NCBI GenBank assembly: GCA_964636375.1
Contig: CAZWRT010000002.1
Span: 11,528 to 75,527, forward strand
From: an uncultured Lachnobacterium sp.
GTDB taxonomy: Bacteria > Bacillota > Clostridia > Lachnospirales > Lachnospiraceae
Length of the DNA: 64,000 nucleotides
Direction of reading: 5' to 3'
Below are positions 19,677 through 28,459 of this stretch, one piece after another (the first letter of the stretch is position 1; every line of letters begins with the position of its first letter). The position numbers and the translations under genes are program-made. Under the pieces are notes generated by a model. That model had not been told where the DNA came from. It was given only the letters and a program-made list of their open reading frames with translations, and ran no database searches.

Positions 19677-20807
19677 ATGGAGTCAAGCCTTAGAAACCAC
19701 TATTTCGCAGTGGCGAAATTCATCGGAATACTGGGCCTGGTCTTTTGGGGGCTGACGCAAGCCGAACACAGCACAGCCGTCACATGCGGCATTTTTCTGG
19801 AAGGATCGGCGTTCCTCCTATGCGCGGTGATGTATGAGCTTGATCGGGCCGACCGGAGCCGACTATGGCTTTGGGGAGAGGGAATACTGGCAGTTATCGC
19901 CGTATTCCTGTTTTCCGTTATCGGAATTTATTTTGCAGCGATTCTGTTTTTTGATTTACTCGGAGAGCGGGGCGGGCATTTTTACCCCTTATGCTATCTT
20001 CTGCTCCTGCCCTCCTTTTACCTTCGGCAGAATGTCGGACAGTGTTTTCTGATCCTCACTTTTTTGATGCTCTTATATCTGCAGCACCGCAAGATCGTTG
20101 GCTGGTATCAGAAGGTAGTGGGCGAAAACCAGCAGACGGAATCCAGACTGAAATTCGATATGGAGCAGAGCAAGCTGCTCCACAGGGATGAGCTCAGGCA
20201 GTCCCGCCTTCAGCACGAAAACGAGCTTTTGGAGGAAAAGGCAAGGATCTCCCAGGCTCTCCACGACAAGCTGGGACACAGTATCAACGGTTCGCTCTAC
20301 AAGTTGGAGGCCGCAAGGCTTTTGATCGGCAACCGGCCGGATGAGAGCGGCAAGATCCTGCAGGAGGTCATTGATCACTTAAGGGGCAGCATGGATGAGA
20401 TCCGGGTGATCCTCCGAAATGAACGTCCGGACAAAAAACGGATGGCGATGAAGTCTCTGCAGGCACTCTGCGACGAGTGCGAGGAATATAATATCAAGGC
20501 AACCCTGACTCTGGAACAGGACGGGAGGGAAATTTCGGAATCCATCTGGGAGATCATTCTGGACAATACCTTCGAGGCAGTCACGAACGCTCTTCGGTAT
20601 TCCGGCTGTGATGAGATTTCGATCACCATCCTGGTGCTCGGCGAGGTGGTCCGATGCACCGTGAGCGACAACGGAAAGGGTGTGGAGAATGTAAGAGACG
20701 GCATGGGAATTCAGGGAATGAAACAGCGCGTGAGAAACGTAAAGGGCTATCTGGACATCGAATCACGGAACGGATTTACGATCAATATGATCCTGCCGAT
20801 CAAATAA
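19677..20807 (+). CDS. Sensor histidine kinase, HisKA_3 (LnrJ/YfiJ-like)
   Basis: Multi-TM N-terminus; RISQALHDKLGHS; EAVTNALRY; DNGKG; GMGIQGM. Confidence 0.9.
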   Translation: MESSLRNHYFAVAKFIGILGLVFWGLTQAEHSTAVTCGIFLEGSAFLLCAVMYELDRADRSRLWLWGEGILAVIAVFLFSVIGIYFAAILFFDLLGERGGHFYPLCYLLLLPSFYLRQNVGQCFLILTFLMLLYLQHRKIVGWYQKVVGENQQTESRLKFDMEQSKLLHRDELRQSRLQHENELLEEKARISQALHDKLGHSINGSLYKLEAARLLIGNRPDESGKILQEVIDHLRGSMDEIRVILRNERPDKKRMAMKSLQALCDECEEYNIKATLTLEQDGREISESIWEIILDNTFEAVTNALRYSGCDEISITILVLGEVVRCTVSDNGKGVENVRDGMGIQGMKQRVRNVKGYLDIESRNGFTINMILPIK

Positions 20808-20829
20808 AAACAGAAAGGATTGGGGAGAC

Positions 20830-21468
20830 ATGGATACAATCAAGGTAATCATTGCGGACGACAGCGATTTTGTGAGGGACGGCATGCGTATTATCCTGGA
20901 GATCGACGATGCTTTTGAGGTGCTCGGCTGCGCCGCAAACGGCCGGGAGGCCGTGGATATGGCACGCCAGGCTCCCTGCGACGTGGTACTGATGGACATT
21001 CAGATGCCGGTCATGGACGGAATCGAGGCGACAAAAATATTTGTGGAAGAAAATCTGGGCAAGGTCATGATCCTCACCACCTTCGACGACGACGAGCTGG
21101 TGCAGCAGGCGATCAAAAACGGCGCTAAGGGATACCTGATCAAAAACCATACGCCCGAACAGCTAAAGCAGATGATCCGCTCCATTCATCAGGGCGTTCA
21201 GGTCATGGACGGGCAGGTTTTTGACAGATTCGTGGACGCGGGAATCCGTCCCGGCAATAATTTCCGAAAAGAAAACTATACTGCAAGGGAATTGGAAATC
21301 ATGGAGGCAGTTGCCTCCGGTCTCTCCAACAAAGAGATCGCGGAAAAGCTCTTTATCTCCGAGGGCACTGTTAAAAATTATATCAGCTCGCTGCTGGATA
21401 AGGAGGGGCTTTCCCACAGAACCCAGCTTGCCGTCTACTACCTGACCGGCCGAAAAGCATTACCGTGA
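20830..21468 (+). CDS. NarL/LuxR family response regulator (LnrK/YfiK-like)
   Basis: ADD, LMDIQMP, LTTFDD; HTH SNKEIAEKLFISEGTVKNY. Confidence 0.93.
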   Translation: MDTIKVIIADDSDFVRDGMRIILEIDDAFEVLGCAANGREAVDMARQAPCDVVLMDIQMPVMDGIEATKIFVEENLGKVMILTTFDDDELVQQAIKNGAKGYLIKNHTPEQLKQMIRSIHQGVQVMDGQVFDRFVDAGIRPGNNFRKENYTARELEIMEAVASGLSNKEIAEKLFISEGTVKNYISSLLDKEGLSHRTQLAVYYLTGRKALP

Positions 21469-21520
21469 GCCACTGACAGCCCATCCTCTTCGGCCGGCCC
21501 CGTCAGGCGATTAACCCCAA

Positions 21521-22321
21521 CTATTCGTCTGCAATCTGTTTTCCTGTCACATCCATATGGTATTTCTCGCGCATAATCAGCTCCGAAATCGGCACGATGG
21601 TATAGCCCTGCTCCTCCAGATTGGTCAGCATGGTATCCAGCGCATCCGCCGTGTACTTTGCCCCGTTGTGGCAGAGAATAATTGCCCCCGGCCCCAACGC
21701 CTTGTGCTTGCAGACCGTCCTGATGATGGAATCCACACCATAGTCCTTCCAGTCGAGACTGTCCACAGACCACTGAATCGGATAATATTTCAATTCGTAC
21801 GCCGTCTTAATCACGGAATTATCATAGGCTCCGTAGGGCGGACGGAACAGAAACATCTCGTATCCCGTGAGCTCCTTCACCTTGTTATGTACCTCCATCA
21901 GCTCCTGACTCTGCTCCTTCTTGGAGATCTTGGTCATATCGTAGTGATGCTGGCTGTGGTTTCCTAAGTCATGGCCCCGCTTCACCAGCTCCTTCACGCA
22001 CTCAGGGTTGTCGTCCACCCAACCGCCTGTCATAAAAAAGGTTACCTTGATATTGTGCTTCTCCAAAATTTCCATGATTCTCGGAAAATCTTCCGCACCC
22101 CACGCCGCATCAAAGCTGAGCGCTACCTTATTTTCTTTCGTATCCACGCTGTAGATCGGCAGCTCCCGGTCGCCGTAGGTTGCACTCGTGACCACTGCCT
22201 TGCATGCCTGATAAGAGACAAAAATCAGGCACACAAAAAGAGCCATCACGAAAAAGCCTATGCGAGGCCTTCTGTGTGACTCTTTCCATCCTCTGACCGT
22301 GTCAAAGTATTTGTTATCCAT
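21521..22321 (-). CDS. Polysaccharide deacetylase (CE4, PdaB-like)
   Basis: N-terminal TM; LSFDAAWG, GNHSQHH, FRPPYG, DSLDWK, ILCHN. Confidence 0.9.
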   Translation of the reverse strand: MDNKYFDTVRGWKESHRRPRIGFFVMALFVCLIFVSYQACKAVVTSATYGDRELPIYSVDTKENKVALSFDAAWGAEDFPRIMEILEKHNIKVTFFMTGGWVDDNPECVKELVKRGHDLGNHSQHHYDMTKISKKEQSQELMEVHNKVKELTGYEMFLFRPPYGAYDNSVIKTAYELKYYPIQWSVDSLDWKDYGVDSIIRTVCKHKALGPGAIILCHNGAKYTADALDTMLTNLEEQGYTIVPISELIMREKYHMDVTGKQIADE

Positions 22322-22373
22322 GATCCACCAACATAGAATAGGTCTTACACTATCTTATTCGGTGAAAAAAATT

Positions 22374-23075
22374 TTATTCTATATCCAGTTCCTCAATCCG
22401 ACGGATAAACTCGATGACAACCTCAATTGCCTGCTCTGCCGCCTTCTCGGAGAACGTCTCGTAATCCATCGCTCCGCCCTCCCCGTCGGAAATGCAGCGC
22501 AGGACCGCGAAGGGCACATGATTCACATGACACACATGTCCGATACTGCCGCCCTCCATCTCGCCGGCAATGGCGCCAAAGCGCTCATGCAGGAGTGCCT
22601 TCTGCGTGGGCTTCTGCAGGAAAAGATCGCCCGTTGCAATCGTTCCAACCTTGTAGCGGATTTTCTGGTCATCCAAACAGGAGCAGAGCAGCCTGCGCAT
22701 TTTTTCATCGCTTGGCAGAAAAATCTGGTTCAGCCCGGAGAGCAGCCCGATCGGATCTCCCAGTGCAGAAGTATTCATATCATGCTGCACCACCTGATCT
22801 GCAACCGCCACTTCCATCACACCCAAATCCTTACAGAGCGTTCCCGCCACACCGACATTGACCACTATGTCCACATGGTACATCAGGATCATTGCCTCCG
22901 TGCAGATCGCAGCGAACACCTTGCCGATTCCGCTCACTGCCGCCACAACCTCCTGACCCTCGATGGTTCCGCTCACAAAGGTCACACCGCTGTATTCCTT
23001 TGTCTCTACATTCTGCATGGACGCCTTTAAGTTGTCCACCTCCATCTGCATTGCTCCGATAACACCGATTTTCAT
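22374..23075 (-). CDS. mtnN: 5'-methylthioadenosine/S-adenosylhomocysteine nucleosidase
   Basis: MKIGVIGAM, SGIGKV, VQHDM, TGDLF, EMEG, RCISD; GGAGG RBS. Confidence 0.95.
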   Translation of the reverse strand: MKIGVIGAMQMEVDNLKASMQNVETKEYSGVTFVSGTIEGQEVVAAVSGIGKVFAAICTEAMILMYHVDIVVNVGVAGTLCKDLGVMEVAVADQVVQHDMNTSALGDPIGLLSGLNQIFLPSDEKMRRLLCSCLDDQKIRYKVGTIATGDLFLQKPTQKALLHERFGAIAGEMEGGSIGHVCHVNHVPFAVLRCISDGEGGAMDYETFSEKAAEQAIEVVIEFIRRIEELDIE

Positions 23076-23088
23076 AGCCCTCCTCCTC

Positions 23089-23550
23089 TCATTCCGGGTA
23101 AGTAAATTCCATATTGGTCTGTGCATTCAGCACTTCCAGATACGTCTTCGCCTCTGTTTTTGCCGCCTCTAAGGACAGGTTCTCATAATGCCCGCACTCG
23201 ATCGCCGACGCGCCGAACACCGGTCCCTCATGGTCAATCGTCTGGCGCAGCACCTGCTTTGTCATCTCAAAGACCTCTTTGGGACTTCTATCCTCCCTCA
23301 CCAGCAGATAAAAACCTGTCTGGCAACCCATCGGTCCGAAATATACCACAGAATCCGACATCTCGGAATTGCGGATGTAGGTCGCAAACATGTGCTCCAA
23401 CGAGTGCATGGCGGGATTGCTCATGTAGTCCCCTGCGTTGGGCTTGCGGGTCCGCAAATCGTACGTAACCACGTCACCATCCACCCGTGAAATGTAAAAC
23501 CCCGGAACCAGCACATTGTGATTAATCTCAAAGCTCTTGATTCGATTCAT
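23089..23550 (-). CDS. luxS: S-ribosylhomocysteine lyase (AI-2 synthase)
   Basis: SFEINH, HSLEH, GPMGCQTGFY, ECGHY. Confidence 0.96.
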   Translation of the reverse strand: MNRIKSFEINHNVLVPGFYISRVDGDVVTYDLRTRKPNAGDYMSNPAMHSLEHMFATYIRNSEMSDSVVYFGPMGCQTGFYLLVREDRSPKEVFEMTKQVLRQTIDHEGPVFGASAIECGHYENLSLEAAKTEAKTYLEVLNAQTNMEFTYPE

Positions 23551-23565
23551 AATACCCCTCCCCTT

Positions 23566-24501
23566 TCATCCCTTCCGGATCAGTGTTCCCCTGCCGCCAA
23601 TCAGCTCTTTGTCCTCTTTGTTCAGTTTCGTGATCAGCGCGGAGCGGATTGCGGAATCCCCGATAAAGTCGATTGCCGCCTCAATCTTCGGAGCCATCGT
23701 CCCCCGCTCAAACTCTCCTGCCACAAGATATCTCTTCGCATCCGCGACGGAGAGCGTGTCCAGCTTTACCTCATCCTCCGTACCGTAGTGAATACAGACC
23801 TTATCGACGCCGGTTAAAATAACCAGCATATCTGCATCCAGAAGCTCCGCCAGGCGCCCAGCCGCCAGATCCTTCTCAATCACGGCGCTCGCCCCCTGCA
23901 GACGGTTATGCTGCGCAAGCACGGGAATGCCGCCTCCGCCGCAGGCAATCACTACCTGGTCTGCGTCCGACAGTGTCCGGATCGCGTCGATCTCCACAAT
24001 ATCCATGGGTTTCGGCGACGCCACTACACGTCGGTAGCCGCCCTGCACCTCCACCACATGATTGCCCTTCTTTTCCTCCTCGTCCGCCTCCTCCTTCGTC
24101 ATCACACGCCCGATTACCTTGGTCGGATGGTAAAACGCCTCATCATAGGGATCTACCACCACCTGTGTCAGGATCGTGGACACTGTTTTACAGATTCCGC
24201 GGTTTAAAAGCTCCGTGCGGATCGCACCCTGTAAATCATAGCCGATATATCCCTGGCTCATCGCCGAGCACACAGCGGTCGGTGTGCTCGTGTACTCCGG
24301 ATACAAACGGCAGAACTCGCTCATTGCCGTGTGGATCATCCCCACCTGCGGGCCGTTGCTGTGGGTGATCACCACCTGATAATCCTCCCGGATAAAGTCC
24401 GCTACTGCTTTTGCCGTGCGCAAAGCAGCCTCCCGCTGCTGTGGCAGAGTGACGCCCAGCGCCTCATGGCCCAGCGCGATTACAATTTTTTTCTTCCTCA
24501 T
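23566..24501 (-). CDS. arcC: Carbamate kinase
   Basis: THSNGPQVG, SQGYIGY, PTKVIG, YRRVVASP, GGGGIPV, MAPKIEAA. Confidence 0.9.
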   Translation of the reverse strand: MRKKKIVIALGHEALGVTLPQQREAALRTAKAVADFIREDYQVVITHSNGPQVGMIHTAMSEFCRLYPEYTSTPTAVCSAMSQGYIGYDLQGAIRTELLNRGICKTVSTILTQVVVDPYDEAFYHPTKVIGRVMTKEEADEEEKKGNHVVEVQGGYRRVVASPKPMDIVEIDAIRTLSDADQVVIACGGGGIPVLAQHNRLQGASAVIEKDLAAGRLAELLDADMLVILTGVDKVCIHYGTEDEVKLDTLSVADAKRYLVAGEFERGTMAPKIEAAIDFIGDSAIRSALITKLNKEDKELIGGRGTLIRKG

Positions 24502-24528
24502 CTCAATTCTTCCCCCATGCGGTAAAAC

Positions 24529-24921
24529 TCACTTCTCCAGAACCAGCTTTCTGGATATAAAATTATAGACCATGACCAGAATGGTGGCAGCCACCTTTGC
24601 CAGCGCATAAAATACGTGGAAAAATTCTACTGCAATCCACATGGTGAGCTGATTCAGCCCCAGGCCCAGCGTGCTCAGCGCCACAAAAATAATCATCTCC
24701 TGCAGGCGGCTTTTGTCCTCTTTTCCGTGAAAGACATAGCGCATACTGAGTATGTAGTTGACGGCTACCGACACGACAAACGAGATTGCCGCAGACACCA
24801 GATACATGATATGAAACAGCTCTGTCAGCATGATCATCAGCGCATAATCAATGCCAAAACAGATCACACCAACCAATCCAAATTTACAGATCTGTGTGAA
24901 CAGACGCCGCATCCTGTCCAT
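24529..24921 (-). CDS. GtrA family flippase-like membrane protein
   Basis: KFGLVG start, NYILSMRYVF, four TMs. Confidence 0.88.
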   Translation of the reverse strand: MDRMRRLFTQICKFGLVGVICFGIDYALMIMLTELFHIMYLVSAAISFVVSVAVNYILSMRYVFHGKEDKSRLQEMIIFVALSTLGLGLNQLTMWIAVEFFHVFYALAKVAATILVMVYNFISRKLVLEK

Positions 24922-24931
24922 AATATTCCTC

Positions 24932-25067
24932 GTAACTATTCAGTCCCTTCATAGTTACGAACATCAAGCCATGAAAAAATCACTTCGTGATTGGCTTGAT
25001 GTATGGCACACGCTACGTTTTCTTACGGTCAGCGCAGTAAATGCGCAGACCTGTACTGAACAGTTAC
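24932..25067. repeat. 136-bp element with terminal inverted repeats (MITE/REP-like or structured leader)
   Basis: Ends GTAACTATTCAGT ... ACTGAACAGTTAC (12/13 match); internal hairpins CGTAACTAT/ATAGTTACG and ACATCAAGCCA/TGGCTTGATGT. Confidence 0.65.
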
Positions 25068-25074
25068 TTTTCCT

Positions 25075-25112
25075 AAAAAATAGATTGCCCGTTCACTACC
25101 GGACAATCTATT
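25075..25112 (-). terminator. Intrinsic terminator of htrA
   Basis: AATAGATTGTCCG/CGGGCAATCTATT stem followed by T run on the minus strand. Confidence 0.75.
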
Positions 25113-25138
25113 ATATCTCATTCTGACAATTTCATCAA
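25110..25138 (-). promoter_or_regulatory. Sigma-A promoter for gtrA-arcC-luxS-mtnN
   Basis: TTGATG, 17 bp, TATAAT; overlaps the 5' arm of the htrA terminator. Confidence 0.55.
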
Positions 25139-25150
25139 TATATTTATCGC

Positions 25151-26503
25151 TTATCTCTGGGTTCCGCTCATGGTGCCAAGTGTCACCTGTATATCGCGCG
25201 CCTCATATCCGCCGTTGCCCAGCCGATGAATCTTCACCGTGACCTCCTGTCCTACCGTGCAGCGGGCAATCTGAGCTTTGAGTTCTGTCATAGTTCTCAC
25301 ATTTACCCCGTTGAAGGCGGTAATGATATCGCCCAGACGAATCCCTGCTTCTGCCGCTGCAGAGTCCTCAAATACCTGATAGATATAGATACCCTCCGGC
25401 ATGTTGTAGGCTGCCGCAATATCCGAGGAAATGTTCTCTCCCTGAATTCCGAGATATGCGGCCTCCGGCTCCTGTACCTTTCCGTTCTCGATCAGCTGGC
25501 TGACCAGCGGCATCGCATCTGAAATCGCTATGGCATAGCCCATACCCTCCACATCCGAATCCACATATTTGGAGGAATTGATTCCGATCACCTGCCCCTG
25601 CGCATTTAATAGTGCTCCTCCGCTGTTGCCCGGATTGATGGCGGCAGTCGTCTGAATCATGTTCGTGATCACAATCGTCTCCTTGCTGGCGCTGTCCTCA
25701 AGCGTGACGGTTCTGCCCAGTGCACTGATATGGCCGCAGGTCAGGGACTGACCGTAACCCAGTGCGTTTCCGATGGCAATCGCAGGATTTCCGACCTTCA
25801 GCTCATTGGAATCTCCGATCGATGCCAGCTTAATGTTCTTTAAGGTATCCTCGCTGATACTGTTCAGCGCTACCCGCACCACGGCGAGATCGTTCGCCGG
25901 AACTGTTCCCCGGATCTCACAGCTGACCGTCGTATTGTCAAAGAACTGAATCATCAGCGTGTCTGAATTCTCCACCACATGGTTGTTTGTCACAATATAG
26001 ATATACTTGTCATCCTGCTCAACGATAATTCCTGAACCACAGCTCTTGTTCGTATATTTCTGAGGTCCCCAGAAGGACTGGTATACGGTTGTCTGTGTGT
26101 TGGTGATCGCAACGATGCTCGGTATCACCTCATCGAAGATCGCAGACACATCGGTGAGCTCCTTCGCCAGCCCTGCCGCTGTCTGCTGAACCGTCACTTC
26201 CTTATTCTGATTTGACTGGCTCTGATTTGGCTGGTTTTTATCCTGTTCTGGGCCAGAGTTTGTTTTTTCCGTAGAAGTAATTCCCAGCGCCTTCGACCCG
26301 ACATAAGTGACTCCGGTAAAGGTGCATCCCGCGACCAGCCCGAAAATCAGGGCAATCGCCGCACATTTGGCGAGCTTGCTCCCGAAACCGCCCTTTTTCT
26401 TTGGCGGCTTCTGCGGCATGGGATTCACCTGCTGGTAGGGATTGTAACTGCCGTAATCGTAACTGGTGTTACTGTAATTGCTGTTATTGTAATTATTATC
26501 CAT
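25151..26503 (-). CDS. htrA: HtrA/DegP-like membrane serine protease with PDZ domain
   Basis: TM anchor; TNNHV, DLAVV, INPGNSGG; C-terminal PDZ (AYLGI...GDII). Confidence 0.92.
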   Translation of the reverse strand: MDNNYNNSNYSNTSYDYGSYNPYQQVNPMPQKPPKKKGGFGSKLAKCAAIALIFGLVAGCTFTGVTYVGSKALGITSTEKTNSGPEQDKNQPNQSQSNQNKEVTVQQTAAGLAKELTDVSAIFDEVIPSIVAITNTQTTVYQSFWGPQKYTNKSCGSGIIVEQDDKYIYIVTNNHVVENSDTLMIQFFDNTTVSCEIRGTVPANDLAVVRVALNSISEDTLKNIKLASIGDSNELKVGNPAIAIGNALGYGQSLTCGHISALGRTVTLEDSASKETIVITNMIQTTAAINPGNSGGALLNAQGQVIGINSSKYVDSDVEGMGYAIAISDAMPLVSQLIENGKVQEPEAAYLGIQGENISSDIAAAYNMPEGIYIYQVFEDSAAAEAGIRLGDIITAFNGVNVRTMTELKAQIARCTVGQEVTVKIHRLGNGGYEARDIQVTLGTMSGTQR

Positions 26504-26607
26504 AATTAATGCGCTCTCCTTTCGATCTAATTTTGCCTATCTGTAGAGAATTCTAAACGCATTCTGTGTCCAAATTGTGATAAAAAAGTGTAAAAATTAT
26601 TTTCTTT

Positions 26608-28443
26608 TTATTCGACTGTAACCGATTTTGCCAGATTTCTCGGCTTATCCACATCCAGGCCTTTTCCGACCGACACATAGTAGCCGAAAATCTGCAGAGG
26701 GATAATCGCCAGCGAATTCGTGAAATAGCGGCTCGTCTTTGGAATGTAGATCACACAGTCGGCTGTCTTTTCTATCTCGATGTTATCCTCGTTCGTGACT
26801 GCCAGAACATATGCGCCTCTGGTCCGCACCTCCACGATATTGCTGATCGTCTTCTTGTACAGCTCCTCCTGCGTCACAACCGCCGCCACCAGCGTGCCGT
26901 CCTCAATCAGGGAGATGGTGCCGTGCTTAAGCTCTCCTGCCGCGTAAGCTTCGGAATGAATGTATGAAATCTCCTTTAACTTGAGAGAGCCCTCCAGAGA
27001 AATCGCATAGTCGATCCCCCTCCCAATGAAAAACACGTCCTTTGCCGCGACGTAGCGGTTCGCAAATTTCTGAATTTTCTGCTTGTTGTCTAACAAACTC
27101 TCGATCTGATTCGGGAGCATTTCCATTTCATGGAGATACTCTCCCAGCTGCGCGTCCGTGATCTGCCCGCGCACCTGTGCAAATTTCAGCGCAAGAAGAT
27201 ACTGCGCCACAAGCTGGCAGCTGTACGCCTTTGTCGTAGCCACCGCAATCTCCGGTCCCGCCCAGGTGTACATCACCTTGTCTGCCTCCCGGGCAATCGA
27301 GCTGCCGACAACATTGACAATTCCAAGCGTCGTGATCCCGCGCTCCTTTGCAAGGCGGAGCGCCGCCAGGGAATCTGCAGTCTCTCCGGACTGGCTGATA
27401 ATAATCACCAGCGCCCCCTCCTCCAGAATCGGGTCGCGATAGCGGAACTCCGAGGCGAGATCCACCTCCACCGGAATCCGCGCAAGCCCCTCGAAGACAT
27501 ATTTGCTCGTCACGCCGGTGTGATACGCACTGCCGCAGGCCGCAATATGGATCTTTTTCACCGCCCGGATTTCCTCGTCGGTCATCCCGAGTTCCTCAAT
27601 CACAATGGAATTATCGCGGATGCGGGGGCTGATCGTATCCCGCACGGCCTTCGGCTGCTCGTAGATCTCCTTCAGCATGAAGTGCTCGTAGCCGCCCTTC
27701 TCCGCGGCATTGATATCCCAGTCGATATGCTTCGATTCCTTCCGGAGCGGATCTCCGTCCATGTTAAAGAACTCAATGTTCTTCTCCGTGAGCACAGCGA
27801 CCTCTTCATTTTCTATGAAGTACACATCCCTCGTGTACTTGAGTACCGCGGGGACATCGGAGGCAATCAGGTTGCCATCCTCACCGATACCCACGATAAG
27901 GGGGGCGTCCTTACGCACCGAATACATTACGTCCGGATGATCCGCAAACATAATGCCGAGCGCGTAGGAGCCCTCCACACGGTGAATGACCTTGGTCACC
28001 GCCGTCAGCGGATTTTTGTCATACCGGTTATAATAATAATCCAACAGATGAACCACGACCTCCGTGTCCGTCTCGGAGAGGAACTGATAGCCCCTGTCCT
28101 GCAAAAGCTTCCGGAGCTTGAGATAATTCTCGATAATTCCGTTTTGAACCACCGCGATGCTCTGGTCCTTGTTAAAATGCGGATGTGCGTTGACATCCGA
28201 AGGCTCTCCGTGGGTCGCCCAGCGGGTGTGCCCGATTCCGATATGACCGGACATCGTCGCGCCATCATGTGTCAGCTCACTCAACACCTTGAGCCTGCCT
28301 GTGGTCTTGCTGATAACGATTTTTTCTCCGTCATACACCGCCATACCGGCGGAATCATAGCCTCGGTATTCCAGTCTGGACAAACCGTCCAAGAGGATCG
28401 GCGCTGCCTGCTTTTTTCCAACGTAACCTACAATCCCACACAT
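26608..28443 (-). CDS. glmS: Glutamine--fructose-6-phosphate transaminase
   Basis: MCGIVG, LEYRGYDS, HTRWATHG, SQSGETAD, PRNLAKSVTVE. Confidence 0.98.
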   Translation of the reverse strand: MCGIVGYVGKKQAAPILLDGLSRLEYRGYDSAGMAVYDGEKIVISKTTGRLKVLSELTHDGATMSGHIGIGHTRWATHGEPSDVNAHPHFNKDQSIAVVQNGIIENYLKLRKLLQDRGYQFLSETDTEVVVHLLDYYYNRYDKNPLTAVTKVIHRVEGSYALGIMFADHPDVMYSVRKDAPLIVGIGEDGNLIASDVPAVLKYTRDVYFIENEEVAVLTEKNIEFFNMDGDPLRKESKHIDWDINAAEKGGYEHFMLKEIYEQPKAVRDTISPRIRDNSIVIEELGMTDEEIRAVKKIHIAACGSAYHTGVTSKYVFEGLARIPVEVDLASEFRYRDPILEEGALVIIISQSGETADSLAALRLAKERGITTLGIVNVVGSSIAREADKVMYTWAGPEIAVATTKAYSCQLVAQYLLALKFAQVRGQITDAQLGEYLHEMEMLPNQIESLLDNKQKIQKFANRYVAAKDVFFIGRGIDYAISLEGSLKLKEISYIHSEAYAAGELKHGTISLIEDGTLVAAVVTQEELYKKTISNIVEVRTRGAYVLAVTNEDNIEIEKTADCVIYIPKTSRYFTNSLAIIPLQIFGYYVSVGKGLDVDKPRNLAKSVTVE

Positions 28444-28459
28444 ACCCACTCCTCCATAA

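Noticed and set aside
24932-25067. Integron attC site or SAM riboswitch
   Set aside because: Ends do not fit RYYYAAC/GTTRRRY, no integrase, and no S-box core motifs; kept only as an inverted-repeat element
26555-26600. Short ACAC/TCAC-type direct repeats upstream of htrA, possible CssR-like site
   Set aside because: Too degenerate in an AT-rich stretch to support by eye
28444-28459. glmS ribozyme
   Set aside because: Intergenic gap is only 16 bp
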